The notes below the pieces were generated by a model. It did no database searches. It had not been told where the DNA came from and worked only from the letters and a program-made list of their open reading frames with translations. From contig JACPCP010000017.1 of NCBI GenBank assembly GCA_016179745.1, forward strand, positions 2,626 to 66,625: a DNA stretch of 64,000 bases, in the 5' to 3' direction. Below, piece after piece: positions 51,463 through 62,037 of the stretch (position 1 is the first letter of the stretch; every line of letters begins with the position of its first letter). The translations under genes and the position numbers were made by a program. Origin of the DNA: Candidatus Omnitrophota bacterium (GTDB taxonomy: Bacteria; Omnitrophota; Omnitrophia; Omnitrophales; JACQLI01).

Positions 51463-52763
51463 GCTACGAATCCTGGATCGCCTTCAAACACCTGACGAGG
51501 CGGCGAAGAACGGGTTTTATTTCGCTCATCTCTCTCATTTCCGTTCTGGGGGTGGCCGTGGGGGTCATGGCCCTGATTGTGGTGCTCGCCGTGATGACGG
51601 GGTTTGACCGGGAGCTCAAGGCCAAGATCGTCAGCGTGAATCCGCACCTTCGCATTGAAAAAGCGGGCGGGATTGACGAACCGGGGGCCGTGATTTCCAG
51701 GATTCGCTCCTGGGACCGTTCCGAAATTGAGAGCATTGCCTCGTTTGTGGAGGGGCAGGCGATTGCCCGTTCGGAGCAGAACGCCATCGGGGTGCTTGTC
51801 AAAGGAGTGGACCGCTTCCGGGAAGACCTTTCCATCTTTGGCGGGCATTTGAAATGGGGGACGCTTGATTTTGAGCCGGTGGAAGAAGTCCAAATCGAAA
51901 AGCGTTTCTTCGGGCTCTTTAAAAGGGAAATCCGCCGGTCCGTTCCTTCCGTGGTCTTGGGAGAGAGCCTCGCCCAAATCCTGGGCGTGGGCCCCGGCAG
52001 CCGGGTTTCTCTCATCACGCCCTTTGTGGAGGAGGGAAAGTCCTTTTCGCTGGCAAAGGCCGAGACCCAAACCTTTATCGTGGGCGGGATTTTCCGGATG
52101 GGCATGAATGATTTTGACACGGGGCTCGCCCTGGTGGATTTGAAGGAGGCCCAGGGGCTTTACCACCTCGGGGACCACGTGACGGGTTTGAGCGTGCGCT
52201 TCCGGGACGTGGACCAGGCGGAAAAATTAAAAAGTCACTTTCAATTCGAACTCGGGGCCGATTACTGGGTGCGCTCCTGGATGGATATGAACCGGAGTTT
52301 TTTCCAGGCCCTGCAGGTGGAAAAAAACGTGATGACGATTCTGCTGGCCTTGATCACGCTTGTGGCCGCTTTCAATATTGCCTCCACCTTGATCATGGTC
52401 GTGATGGAGAAAACAAAAGACATCGGGATCCTGAGGGCCCTCGGGGCGACCCGGCAGGGCATCCGGAAGATCTTTGTGCTCGAGGGGTTCAGCGTGGGGT
52501 TGGTCGGCGTGGTCTTCGGCGCCCTTTTGGGGGTTGTGGCGGCCCTCAACCTGAATCCGATCTCTGATTTTCTGGAGGAGACGACGGGCCTCGCCGTTTT
52601 CCCGAGCGACATCTATTATCTGGACCGGATCCCGACCGAGATTAACGTGGCCGATGTGACGACCATTGTGGCGCTGGCGCTTTTAACCTCGATTCTGGCG
52701 GGGATTTACCCGGCCCACCGGGCGGCGAATTTGAATCCTGTCGAGGCCCTTCGCTATGAGTAA
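51459..52763 (+). CDS. lolC: Lipoprotein-release ABC transporter permease (LolC/E family)
   Basis: SWIAFKHLTRRRRTGFISLISLISVLGVAVGVMALIVVLAVMTGFDRELKAKI and a C-terminal FtsX-type TM bundle. Confidence 0.85.
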   Translation: MSYESWIAFKHLTRRRRTGFISLISLISVLGVAVGVMALIVVLAVMTGFDRELKAKIVSVNPHLRIEKAGGIDEPGAVISRIRSWDRSEIESIASFVEGQAIARSEQNAIGVLVKGVDRFREDLSIFGGHLKWGTLDFEPVEEVQIEKRFFGLFKREIRRSVPSVVLGESLAQILGVGPGSRVSLITPFVEEGKSFSLAKAETQTFIVGGIFRMGMNDFDTGLALVDLKEAQGLYHLGDHVTGLSVRFRDVDQAEKLKSHFQFELGADYWVRSWMDMNRSFFQALQVEKNVMTILLALITLVAAFNIASTLIMVVMEKTKDIGILRALGATRQGIRKIFVLEGFSVGLVGVVFGALLGVVAALNLNPISDFLEETTGLAVFPSDIYYLDRIPTEINVADVTTIVALALLTSILAGIYPAHRAANLNPVEALRYE

Positions 52764-53457
52764 AGTCAATCTTTTGATCGCCGAAAAGGTCCACAAAGAT
52801 TTTCCCACCCCGGAAGGGCCGCTTTCCGTGCTGCGGGGCGTGGATTTTTCTTTGTCCGTGGGCGAGATGGCCTTTATCGTGGGAAGATCGGGGTCGGGGA
52901 AGTCGACCCTGCTTCATCTCCTGGGCGGGCTGGACCGGGCCACGGAAGGGAGAATTTTTTTCAAGGGGAACGACCTGAGCCAGATGAACGAGAAGGAACT
53001 GACGGTCTACCGGAACCTGAAGATCGGATTTATTTTTCAGTTCTTCCATCTTTTGCCCGAGTTGACCCTTTTTGAAAATGTTCTTCTGCCCTCCCTCATG
53101 GCCCGGCGGTCGAACCGGGAGCGGGCCCGGGACCTGGTTCGCCGGGTGGGGCTCGAGGGCCGGGAGAGGCATTTCCCGCACGAGCTTTCAGGCGGGGAGC
53201 AGCAGCGGGCGGCGATTGCCCGCTCGCTTGTGAACGAACCGGAAATTCTTTTTTGCGACGAGCCGACCGGAAATTTGGACGACGAAACGGCGGAAACGGT
53301 CTTCCATCTTTTAACCTCGCTCCACCGTGAAACGGGCCTGGCTTTGGTCATCGTGACTCACGACGAAGAGAGGGCCGGACAGTTCGGGAATATTTCCCGG
53401 TTTCACGAGGGCGTTCTCGTGAGGAGCGGGACGAATCCAGTAAAGGAGAGCACTTAA
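52756..53457 (+). CDS. lolD: Lipoprotein-release ABC transporter ATPase
   Basis: Walker A GRSGSGKST, signature LSGGEQQRAAIARSL, Walker B ILFCDEPTGNLD. Confidence 0.85.
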   Translation: MSKVNLLIAEKVHKDFPTPEGPLSVLRGVDFSLSVGEMAFIVGRSGSGKSTLLHLLGGLDRATEGRIFFKGNDLSQMNEKELTVYRNLKIGFIFQFFHLLPELTLFENVLLPSLMARRSNRERARDLVRRVGLEGRERHFPHELSGGEQQRAAIARSLVNEPEILFCDEPTGNLDDETAETVFHLLTSLHRETGLALVIVTHDEERAGQFGNISRFHEGVLVRSGTNPVKEST

Positions 53458-54330
53458 ATGGAACTTGAAGTTTACATCGACGGGAAATGGTATCCAAAAA
53501 GCGAGGCCCGGATTTCGGTGTTTGACCACGGACTTCTTTACGGGGACGGGGCCTTTGAGGGGATCCGTTCCTACAACGGGCTGGTCTTCAAACTCAAAGA
53601 GCATTTGGACCGCCTCTTTGAAACGGCCCACACCATTTTGCTGAAGATCCCGCTCGACCGGAAAGAGTTGACAGAAGCAATTCTGGAAACGCTCCGGCGA
53701 AACCGCCTGAGGGACGCCTACATCCGGGTTGTGGTGACCCGGGGCGTGGGGGACCTCGGGCTCGACCCCACGAAATGCAAGCGGGCGACGGTCATTATCA
53801 TCACCGACAAGATCGTTCTCTATTCGGAGGAGCTTTACAAGAACGGCCTGGAGATCATCACGGTGCCCACGGTCCGGAATTTTCCGGAGGCCGTGAACCC
53901 GGCCTTAAAATCGCTCAATTACCTCAATAACATCCTGGCGAAGATCGAGGCCAACAATGCGGGCGTGGTCGAGGCGCTCCTTTTGAATCACCAGGGGTAT
54001 GTGGCAGAATGCACCGGTGACAACGTGTTCATGGTTAAAAATGGCACTCTCTTGACACCGCCCGTCTACGTGGGCGTTCTCAAGGGGATCACCCGTGAGG
54101 CCATTTTCGGGATTGCCGCCAAAAAGAAATTGCCGCACGAGGAAAAAATCCTGACCCGCCACGACCTCTTCAATGCGGAGGAGGTTTTCCTCACAGGCAC
54201 GGCGGCAGAGGTCATTCCGGTGGTGAAGATCGACGGACGGACCATTGGGACGGGCAAGCCGGGCCCCACAACCCGGGAGCTTATGAAGGCCTTTCACGCC
54301 CTCACCCGGACCGACGGCGTCCGGTATTAA
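53458..54330 (+). CDS. ilvE: Branched-chain amino acid aminotransferase (fold type IV)
   Basis: ISVFDHGLLYGDGAFEGIRSYNG, YIRVVVTRG, LKSLNYLNNILAK, GITREAI. Confidence 0.9.
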   Translation: MELEVYIDGKWYPKSEARISVFDHGLLYGDGAFEGIRSYNGLVFKLKEHLDRLFETAHTILLKIPLDRKELTEAILETLRRNRLRDAYIRVVVTRGVGDLGLDPTKCKRATVIIITDKIVLYSEELYKNGLEIITVPTVRNFPEAVNPALKSLNYLNNILAKIEANNAGVVEALLLNHQGYVAECTGDNVFMVKNGTLLTPPVYVGVLKGITREAIFGIAAKKKLPHEEKILTRHDLFNAEEVFLTGTAAEVIPVVKIDGRTIGTGKPGPTTRELMKAFHALTRTDGVRY

Positions 54331-54338
54331 CGTGTCCC

Positions 54339-54372
54339 CACCGGACGGCGTCCGGTTGGACGCCGTCCGGTG
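54339..54372 (+). terminator. 15-bp-arm GC hairpin after ilvE
   Basis: CACCGGACGGCGTCC-GGTT-GGACGCCGTCCGGTG, followed by ...CGTTTGTTGG. The arm sequence GACGGCGTCCGG also occurs in the last ilvE codons. Confidence 0.55.
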
Positions 54373-54387
54373 CTCGGTGCTCGTTTG

Positions 54388-54417
54388 TTGGTATAGGTTT
54401 TGCTGTAATGCTATAAT
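54388..54417 (+). promoter_or_regulatory. Candidate promoter of the mcsA-mcsB-clpC operon
   Basis: TTGGTA, an 18-nt spacer, then TATAAT (54412-54417), ~50 nt upstream of the mcsA ATG. Confidence 0.35.
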
Positions 54418-54466
54418 TAGGGCGAAATCAGCAGGACACGAAGCCGTCTAAGGAGCGATTGACACC

Positions 54467-55009
54467 ATGGTTTGTAACCTTTGCGGGACGAACGAGGCGA
54501 GCATTCACCTCACCGAGATCGTCAATGACCAGATGGTCGAGATCCATCTTTGCGAAACCTGCGCCCAGGAAAAAGGCACGCAGTTCAAGACCCACTTCAA
54601 CCCGGGCGAGCTTTTAAGCGACCTCACCCATTTGGCCAAGGAGATGTCCGGGATGGGCGCCGGCCCCGCCGAGAAGACGGCTTTGAAATGCCCCAATTGC
54701 GGTCTCTATTATGAAGAATTCGGCCGGACCGGCCGCCTCGGCTGCGCCGAATGTTACGAGTCCTTCTCGAAACTTTTGCTTCCTTTAATTAAACGGGTCC
54801 AGCATTCGGTCCAGCACGTGGGAAAACGTCCGGCCCAGGCGCCGCCCTCCACGTCGCCCGTCCGTTTGACCCACGATTTGAAGGAGCTCCAGAACCGGCT
54901 CCGCAAATCGGTCCAGGAGGAGGCCTTTGAAGAGGCGGCCAGAATCCGGGACCAGATCAAGCACCTGGAAGAAAAACTGAAAAAGGGAAAAAGGAAACCC
55001 AGCAGATGA
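54467..55009 (+). CDS. mcsA: McsA (UvrB/C-motif protein, activator of protein-arginine kinase)
   Basis: MVCNLCGTNEASIHLTEIVNDQMVEIHLCETCAQEKG, a second zinc ribbon CPNCG...CAECY, and the C-terminal UVR motif FEEAARIRDQIKHLE. Confidence 0.85.
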   Translation: MVCNLCGTNEASIHLTEIVNDQMVEIHLCETCAQEKGTQFKTHFNPGELLSDLTHLAKEMSGMGAGPAEKTALKCPNCGLYYEEFGRTGRLGCAECYESFSKLLLPLIKRVQHSVQHVGKRPAQAPPSTSPVRLTHDLKELQNRLRKSVQEEAFEEAARIRDQIKHLEEKLKKGKRKPSR

Positions 55010-56070
55010 GCGGACTCGTTGACAAGTTTCTAAAAAGTCCGACGGAGTGGCTCCGGGCGAGCGGTCCGGAATCGGATGTCGTGATCAGTTCCCGGATCCG
55101 TCTCGCACGCAACCTGGCCGGCTTTCCCTTTCTGGCCAAACTGGCGAAGGGCCAGGAGGAGGAAGTGATTGATCTCCTGGAGGAGGCCGTCTCCCAGACG
55201 CCGGCCTTGAAAGACGTTTTTTTCATTCGTTACCACGACGTGACGGAGCTCGACAAGCAGTTCCTTCTCGAGCGCCACCTCATCAGCCGGGAACACGCCA
55301 TGGACCAGGGGCAGAAGGCCGTGGCCGTGAGCCCCAATGAAGTGGTGAGTCTCATGATGCTGGAAGAAGACCACGTCCGGCTCCAGGTGCTGCAGTCGGG
55401 GCTGAACATTACGGAGGCCTGGAGGATCACGAATGAGGTCATCAATGAACTCGAGCGAAACCTTCCCTTTTCCTTTCATGCCGGCCTCGGTTATATGACG
55501 GCCTGCCCCACCAATGTGGGGACGGGGCTTCGGGCCTCCTGCATGCTCCACCTGCCGAGCCTCGTAATGACGAAGCAGTTGAACAAGGTTCTGCAGGCCC
55601 TGGCGAAAATGAACCTGGCCACCCGGGGGCTTTACGGGGAGGGGACGCAGGCGACGGGCAATTTCTTCCAGATTTCAAATCAGATCACGCTGGGACAGAA
55701 CGAGGAGGAAATTATTGCGAGCCTTGAGGGCGTGATCCACCAGATGATCACGCACGAGAAGGAGGCCCGGCAGCACCTCCTGGAAAAGCGAAAGGCAAAA
55801 TTTGAAGACCAAATCTGGCGGGCACTCGGCGTCCTCAAGACGGCCCGGGTGATTGCCTCCGAGGAGTCGGTCCAGCTTTTGTCCATGGTCCGTCTCGGTG
55901 TGGACCTCGGTTTTATTCCGAGCCTGACGTATCAGGAATTGAACCGCCTGTTTTTATTGATCCAGCCGGCCCACCTGCAGAAGATCGACGGGCGGGCGCT
56001 CGGGGCCACGGAGCGGGACGTGCGGCGGGCCGAATTGATCCGTGAGAAATTAAAAAGTATTTCTGTCTAA
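55006..56070 (+). CDS. mcsB: Protein-arginine kinase McsB (ATP:guanido phosphotransferase)
   Basis: SSRIRLARNLAGFPF, EDHVRLQVL, YMTACPTNVGTGLRASCMLHLP, RGLYGEG. Confidence 0.9.
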   Translation: MSGLVDKFLKSPTEWLRASGPESDVVISSRIRLARNLAGFPFLAKLAKGQEEEVIDLLEEAVSQTPALKDVFFIRYHDVTELDKQFLLERHLISREHAMDQGQKAVAVSPNEVVSLMMLEEDHVRLQVLQSGLNITEAWRITNEVINELERNLPFSFHAGLGYMTACPTNVGTGLRASCMLHLPSLVMTKQLNKVLQALAKMNLATRGLYGEGTQATGNFFQISNQITLGQNEEEIIASLEGVIHQMITHEKEARQHLLEKRKAKFEDQIWRALGVLKTARVIASEESVQLLSMVRLGVDLGFIPSLTYQELNRLFLLIQPAHLQKIDGRALGATERDVRRAELIREKLKSISV

Positions 56071-56102
56071 ACGGTCTTTTTAACAAGAAGGAGTCATCGT
56101 TT

Positions 56103-58553
56103 ATGTTTGATCGATTCACGGAAAGGGCGAGAAAGGTCATCATCCTGGCCAAGGAAGAGGCCAAGCGGTTCAACCACGATTACATCGGGACCGAGCACAT
56201 CCTCCTGGGTCTCATCAAAGAGGGCGAGAGCGTGGCGGCGGCCGTCCTGCAAAATTTGGGCCTCTCGCTGGACACGATCCGCCTCGAGGTCGAGAAACTG
56301 GTCCAGTTCGGCCCGAGCACCATCGTCTCGGGCGACATCCCGTTCACGCCGAAGGCCAAAAAAGTGATTGAACTTGCGATGGACGAGGCCCGCCGCCTCG
56401 GCCATAACTACATCGGGACCGAGCACCTCCTGCTGGGCCTCATTAAAGAAGGGGAGGGTGTGGCAAGCCACGTCTTGATGAATGTGGGCCTGGACCTGAA
56501 TAAGGTGAGGGCGGAAGTGATCAAGCTTTTGGGTTCCTCGGCGCCGGGAGGTTCGGCGGGCGGCGGGGGCGGCTCGGCCACCGGCACCGGCAAATCCAAG
56601 ACCAAGACGCCGGCCCTGGACGCCTTCGGGCGTGATTTGTCGACCCTGGCCCGGGATGGAAAACTCGACCCGGTCGTGGACCGGGAAAATGAAATTGAAC
56701 GGGTCGTCCAAATCCTTGCCCGGCGCACCAAAAATAATCCGGTCCTTTTGGGAGAGGCCGGGGTGGGGAAGACGGCCATCGTGGAGGGCCTCGCCCAGCG
56801 CATCGTATCGGGGGACGTTCCCGAGATCCTGAGCGACAAACGGATTGTCGTCCTGGACCTGGCCTTGATGGTGGCCGGGACGAAATACCGGGGTCAATTT
56901 GAAGAACGGATCAAGGCGGTGATGGATGAAATCCGCCGTTCGGAGAATGTGGTCATTTTTATTGATGAGCTTCACACGCTGGTCGGGGCCGGCGGGGCGG
57001 AAGGGGCGATCGACGCCTCCAACATTTTGAAGCCGGCGCTTTCCCGGGGAGAAATCCAGTGCATCGGCGCCACCACGCTTGACGAATACCGCAAATACAT
57101 CGAAAAGGACGCCGCCCTCGCCCGGCGGTTTCAGACCATCATGGTCGACCCGCCGACCGTGGAGGAGACCATTGCCATCCTGAAGGGGCTCCGGGACAAA
57201 TACGAGGCCCACCACCGGGTGAAGATCCTGGACGAGGCCCTGGAAGCGGCCGCCAAGCTTTCCGACCGCTATATCACGGGCCGTTTTCTTCCCGACAAGG
57301 CCATTGATTTGGTGGACGAAGCCGGCTCCCGGGCCCGCCTCTCCGTGACGACGCTCCCCAAGGATTTGAAGAAACTCGAGGCCGGGATTGAGGAGCTCAA
57401 GATGGAAAAGGAGGCGGCGATCAAGGGGCAGGATTTCGAGAAGGCCGCCAAACTCCGGGACGAAGAGCGGAAATCCAAGGAAGAACTGGCCCGTCTCCGG
57501 AAAAGCTGGAAGGAATCCAAATCCGAGGTGGAGATCCAGGTGACCGGAGAAGATATTGCGACGATTGTCTCCAAATGGACCGGTGTTCCGTTGCTGCGGC
57601 TGGAGGAAAAAGAAACGGCCCGGCTCCTTCGGATGGAGGATGAAATCCACAAGCGGGTGATCGGTCAGGGAGAGGCGATACGGGCCATTTCGAACGCCGT
57701 CCGTCGCTCCCGTTCCGGGCTTCGCAACCCCAAGCGTCCCATCGGGGCCTTCATATTCCTGGGACCCACAGGAGTCGGGAAGACCCTGCTGGCCCGGGCG
57801 TTGGCCGAGTTCATGTTCGGCGAAGAGGATGCGATCCTTTCGATCGACTGCTCCGAATACATGGAAAAGTTCAATGTCTCCCGTCTCGTGGGAGCGCCCC
57901 CCGGCTATGTCGGCTACGAAGAGGGGGGGCAGCTTACGGAAAAAGTGAGACGCCGCCCCTATTCGGTGGTGCTTTTCGATGAGATCGAAAAGGCCCACCC
58001 GGATGTTTTTAATATTCTCCTGCAGCTGATGGAGGAGGGGCGGCTGACGGATTCGTTCGGCCGGAAGGTCGATTTCAGGAACACGATCGTCATCATGACC
58101 TCCAACGTGGGCGTGGACCTGATCCGCAAACAGGGGGAGCTTGGTTTCCGGCCCAAGGGCGAGGAGGAGACCTACGAGTCGATGAAGCGGAAATTGATGG
58201 ACGAGGTGAAAAAAGTTTTCCGTCCGGAATTTCTCAACCGGGTGGATGACATCATTGTCTTCCACAACCTCACCCGGGAAGACCTCGAGAAAATCATTGA
58301 AATTGAATTCAAGGAACTGAAAGAACGGCTCAAGGATAAGAAGATCGAGATCACGATTTCGCCGGAGGCCTTGAAGTTCCTGATCGATAAAGGTTATGAC
58401 CAGACCTTTGGCGCCCGTCCCCTGAAGCGAACCATCCAGCGCTTCGTCGAAAATGTCCTGGCGGAAGAAATCCTTTCTGGGAAATTTCAGGACGGAGACA
58501 AAATCAAGGCCGAACTTCGGGGGGAGATTCTTACTTTTGAGAAGGTGACGTGA
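56103..58553 (+). CDS. clpC: AAA+ chaperone ClpC
   Basis: Clp N-repeats ([41 protein letters not shown]), Walker A motifs GEAGVGKTA and GPTGVGKT, and the UVR-like middle domain [11 protein letters not shown]. Confidence 0.95.
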   Translation: MFDRFTERARKVIILAKEEAKRFNHDYIGTEHILLGLIKEGESVAAAVLQNLGLSLDTIRLEVEKLVQFGPSTIVSGDIPFTPKAKKVIELAMDEARRLGHNYIGTEHLLLGLIKEGEGVASHVLMNVGLDLNKVRAEVIKLLGSSAPGGSAGGGGGSATGTGKSKTKTPALDAFGRDLSTLARDGKLDPVVDRENEIERVVQILARRTKNNPVLLGEAGVGKTAIVEGLAQRIVSGDVPEILSDKRIVVLDLALMVAGTKYRGQFEERIKAVMDEIRRSENVVIFIDELHTLVGAGGAEGAIDASNILKPALSRGEIQCIGATTLDEYRKYIEKDAALARRFQTIMVDPPTVEETIAILKGLRDKYEAHHRVKILDEALEAAAKLSDRYITGRFLPDKAIDLVDEAGSRARLSVTTLPKDLKKLEAGIEELKMEKEAAIKGQDFEKAAKLRDEERKSKEELARLRKSWKESKSEVEIQVTGEDIATIVSKWTGVPLLRLEEKETARLLRMEDEIHKRVIGQGEAIRAISNAVRRSRSGLRNPKRPIGAFIFLGPTGVGKTLLARALAEFMFGEEDAILSIDCSEYMEKFNVSRLVGAPPGYVGYEEGGQLTEKVRRRPYSVVLFDEIEKAHPDVFNILLQLMEEGRLTDSFGRKVDFRNTIVIMTSNVGVDLIRKQGELGFRPKGEEETYESMKRKLMDEVKKVFRPEFLNRVDDIIVFHNLTREDLEKIIEIEFKELKERLKDKKIEITISPEALKFLIDKGYDQTFGARPLKRTIQRFVENVLAEEILSGKFQDGDKIKAELRGEILTFEKVT

Positions 58554-60442
58554 AGCGTTTCCGGCCCGGGACGGCAATCCTTCTCCTTGTCTTCGGTCTG
58601 GGCCTTTTAGTCTCGGCCGCCGGCTACGGTTTCATCCAGACTCAAATCGGCGGAGCGGACTTTAAAAGTTTCGCCGAGTCCCGGGCCGGTGAAATTTTGA
58701 AGACGAAGGTGAAAATCAGGGGGCTCCGCTACCTCCCTCCGGCTCAAATTGCCCTCTGGGGCCTTGAGACCACGGCCCCGGAACCGGAGCTGCCGTTCTC
58801 GATTCTCGAAGTGGGGAAACTTTCCTTTGGCTACGGCCTCTTCAACCTGCTCCGGGGCAATTTCAAGGTGCCCTCCCGGATTCTTTTGGACTCGCCCCGG
58901 GTCCGTCTGGAACGGGGCCAATCGCCTTTTTCCTTCGTTCATTCCACTTTTTCCGGGGCCCAAACAACCCCGGTCAAGCTCGAGATCCGAAACGGAGAAT
59001 TCCGGATCCCCTGGCCGAACGGGGAGAAGGAGCTTCTCCTGACGGAGGTGGATTTCAAGGCGAAATTGGATGTCCGGGGCCAGATCCGTCTCCGGCTGAA
59101 TTCCCGGCTGGCGGGAGTGATGGAAGGAGAGGTGAAGATCCGGGGCTCCTCCGACCTTCGATTTCAACATTATCAATTGGAAGTCCTTTTGAAGAATGTC
59201 AATTTCCTTGCCGACAGCGGAATTCCCATCAAGGCGATGAACGGCCGCTTTTCCCTGAGCGACACCTCGATCGAATCTCTGGGGCTCACCGGTCTCTTCC
59301 ATGATTGGGAAGTGAGCTGGATCGGGAAGGTCGACCAGTGGCAGACCAAACCCCGGATCTCCCTGGAGGTAGGTCAGGAAAAGACAAGAACTCCCGTCCG
59401 GCTTTCCGTAAACGCTGATTTTGAAAAGAACCGGCTCGCCGGATCCCTGGCCTGGCGGGGACAGGTTTATCCTTTTGAAGGCATTGCCCTCCGGGAGGGG
59501 AAGGTGGTCCGCTTTCCGGCGGTGGCGCTGCCTCATCAGTATGCTGCCAACGGGGAGATGGATTTGGCGACCGGAAATTACTCGCTCCAACTGGACCGGG
59601 AACGCCGGCGGATTGAAATCCGTTCCAATGTGAGCCGGCTTAAATTTGAAACCCATTTTGAATTGGACCACGTATCCGTTGCCAATTTGGACTGGGTGAT
59701 TTCAGCAAAACTGACTCTGGAGGCGCTCACCCGATCGTCACGCCGTCAGGCGCTCGGCTACAAGGCCTCTCTTCGCACCGATTATCTGGTCATCGAGACG
59801 GAGCCCCTTGAGGACTTTGGGGGGAATTTTGAATTGAGCTCCGAAGGGCTTGAGAATATCGATCTCCATTGGGGAGGCGTCTTTCATCTGGGGGGACGGG
59901 TTTTATTCAAGGGGACCGAACCCCGGACCGACTTGGTCCTCCGGGTGAAGGGGTTTCCCCTGGCCTCGATTCAAGATTTTGCCGGCCGTCCGATCCCCCG
60001 GAATTTGTCCGGAAATTTGGAGGGGAAACTCAAACTTCGGGGCGAATTGAACCGGCCCGACGTCGAGGGCTACTTTACGATCGAAGAGGGCACCCTGGAC
60101 AAACTCGATTTTGATCAAGCCATTTTGCAGTTTCAGGGATTTCCTCCCTACCTGAAACTTTACGATTCGAAGATCCTGAGGGGACGGAACACCTTCAAGC
60201 TGACGGGCGCCATTAATCTGGCCCTTGGAAACGTGTTCCACGGGATCCGGATCAAGGGGCCCGATCACCTGGTGATCTGGAAGGGGATGAGCGTGGGATG
60301 GAAGGCCGGGGAATCGGCGGTCGAAGGCGAGAAGCCCCTCAGCTCCCAGGTGGCGGTCGGTTTTGAAATGGGGGCCGGGGAGGGGAAGGAAAAAGAGCAG
60401 GGAGAGTCTCATGCGTTGGTGGGGCCCAAGTTCAAATTCTAG
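58550..60442 (+). CDS. Membrane-anchored beta-rich protein, possibly AsmA/TamB-like
   Basis: The GTG start overlaps the clpC stop. It has one N-terminal TM (AILLLVFGLGLLVSAAGY) followed by a long repetitive beta-strand-like sequence. It sits directly upstream of mlaEFD. The family call is tentative. Confidence 0.3.
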   Translation: MKRFRPGTAILLLVFGLGLLVSAAGYGFIQTQIGGADFKSFAESRAGEILKTKVKIRGLRYLPPAQIALWGLETTAPEPELPFSILEVGKLSFGYGLFNLLRGNFKVPSRILLDSPRVRLERGQSPFSFVHSTFSGAQTTPVKLEIRNGEFRIPWPNGEKELLLTEVDFKAKLDVRGQIRLRLNSRLAGVMEGEVKIRGSSDLRFQHYQLEVLLKNVNFLADSGIPIKAMNGRFSLSDTSIESLGLTGLFHDWEVSWIGKVDQWQTKPRISLEVGQEKTRTPVRLSVNADFEKNRLAGSLAWRGQVYPFEGIALREGKVVRFPAVALPHQYAANGEMDLATGNYSLQLDRERRRIEIRSNVSRLKFETHFELDHVSVANLDWVISAKLTLEALTRSSRRQALGYKASLRTDYLVIETEPLEDFGGNFELSSEGLENIDLHWGGVFHLGGRVLFKGTEPRTDLVLRVKGFPLASIQDFAGRPIPRNLSGNLEGKLKLRGELNRPDVEGYFTIEEGTLDKLDFDQAILQFQGFPPYLKLYDSKILRGRNTFKLTGAINLALGNVFHGIRIKGPDHLVIWKGMSVGWKAGESAVEGEKPLSSQVAVGFEMGAGEGKEKEQGESHALVGPKFKF

Positions 60443-60454
60443 GGAGATGAGACG

Positions 60455-61270
60455 ATGAGCCATCGGCTCGAAACACTTCGGAAAACGGTGTCTCTCCGCC
60501 ATTGGCTGGGAGGATTCGGCCGCCAATCTTTAAACTTTGCCTACCACGCCGGGGGAATCTCGCTCCTTTTCCGGGATGCCGTGGCGACGCTTTTTTCCAC
60601 GCCGCTTCGGTGGCAAACCACCCTCGATCAGATGAACCGGATCGGCGTCACCTCCCTGCCTCTCGTGTTTCTGACGGCCCTTTTTACCGGCATGGTGCTC
60701 TCCCTGCAATCCGCCTACCAGCTTCGCCTTTTCGCCGCAGAACAATTCACCTCGGACCTGGTGGCCCTTTCCATTACCCGGGAGCTCGGACCGGTCCTTA
60801 CGGCCATGGTCGTGGCCGGACGGGTGGGGGCCTCGATCGCCGCAGAAATCGGAACCATGAAGGTGACGGAACAAGTGGACGCCCTTCGGTCCCTGGCCAC
60901 CGATCCGGTCCGGTATCTGGTGGTCCCACGCCTCGTGGCCGGTTTCTTCATGCTCTTCTTTTTAACCATTTACGCTGATTGCATCGGGATGCTGGGAGGT
61001 TACCTGGTCTGTGTCTTCAAGCTCGGGATCAGTTCGCATCAATACGTCAAGCGGACCATCGAGATTCTAATGATTAAGGACATTATGACGGGCCTGGTCA
61101 AGGCCTTCATCTTTGGCGCCGTGATTACCACGGTGGGCTGTTACTTTGGGTTCCGGACCGAGGGCGGCGCCGAAGGCGTGGGCCGTTCTACCACGACAGC
61201 GGTGGTGGTGGCCCTGATTTTGATCATTGCGCTGGACTGTTTTTTCACCGCCTTCTTTTATTTCTTTTAG
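60455..61270 (+). CDS. mlaE: MlaE-family ABC transporter permease
   Basis: IGVTSLPLVFLTALFTGMVLSLQ, ITRELGPVLTAMVVAGRVGASIAAEIGTMKVTEQVDAL. Confidence 0.85.
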   Translation: MSHRLETLRKTVSLRHWLGGFGRQSLNFAYHAGGISLLFRDAVATLFSTPLRWQTTLDQMNRIGVTSLPLVFLTALFTGMVLSLQSAYQLRLFAAEQFTSDLVALSITRELGPVLTAMVVAGRVGASIAAEIGTMKVTEQVDALRSLATDPVRYLVVPRLVAGFFMLFFLTIYADCIGMLGGYLVCVFKLGISSHQYVKRTIEILMIKDIMTGLVKAFIFGAVITTVGCYFGFRTEGGAEGVGRSTTTAVVVALILIIALDCFFTAFFYFF

Positions 61271-61275
61271 AGCCC

Positions 61276-62019
61276 ATGATTCAGATCCGGGGCCTGCATA
61301 AATCCTTCGGCAGCAATCACGTGCTCCAGGGGCTTGATCTTGAGATTCAGACGGGAGAGACCCTGGTCATTATCGGCCGCTCGGGCTGCGGGAAGAGCGT
61401 TCTTTTGAAGCACATCATGGGCATTATGGAGCCCGACGAGGGGACGGTCGAGATTGACGGCGTCGATCTTTTTTCCCTTTCCCAGCGGGAGCTGGACCAA
61501 TTCCGGCTGAAACTGGGCATGCTCTTTCAGGGGGCCGCTCTTTTTGATTCACTGACCGTGCGTGAAAACGTCGGGTTTTCACTCTATGAGCACACGCACC
61601 TCCCGGAAGGAGTCGTTGGGGAGAAGGTCGAAGAAAAACTGGGGCTGGTGGGGCTGGCCGGGATCGGGGACTTGATGCCGGCCGAGCTTTCAGGCGGGAT
61701 GAAAAAACGGGTCGGCTTGGCACGGGCAATCTGCTATGATCCTAAGATTATTCTTTATGATGAGCCGACCACGGGGCTTGATCCGATCATGGCGGACGGC
61801 ATCAACGAGTTGATCGTGGAAATGCACCGGAAGCTCCGGGTCACGAGCGTGGCGGTCACCCATGACATGAAGAGCGCTTACAAGGTGGCAACCCGGATTG
61901 CCATGCTTTATCGGGGAAAAATTATCGGGATCGGGACGCCGGACGAGATCCGGGAGTCCGAGAATCCGGTGATCCGGCAATTCATCTCGGGATCGGCGAC
62001 GGGGCCGATCACCGATTAA
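61276..62019 (+). CDS. mlaF: MlaF-family ABC transporter ATPase
   Basis: GRSGCGKSVLLK, LSGGMKKRVGLARAI, ILYDEPTTGLDP. Confidence 0.85.
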   Translation: MIQIRGLHKSFGSNHVLQGLDLEIQTGETLVIIGRSGCGKSVLLKHIMGIMEPDEGTVEIDGVDLFSLSQRELDQFRLKLGMLFQGAALFDSLTVRENVGFSLYEHTHLPEGVVGEKVEEKLGLVGLAGIGDLMPAELSGGMKKRVGLARAICYDPKIILYDEPTTGLDPIMADGINELIVEMHRKLRVTSVAVTHDMKSAYKVATRIAMLYRGKIIGIGTPDEIRESENPVIRQFISGSATGPITD

Positions 62020-62037
62020 AACGGAGGGTCTTTCGGG

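Noticed and set aside
56094-58577. 827-aa minus-strand ORF spanning the whole clpC locus
   Set aside because: It is exactly antisense to an unmistakable ClpC gene. Its translation is low-complexity and Gly/Pro/Arg/Leu-rich with no recognisable motif. This is a typical shadow ORF of a GC-rich gene.
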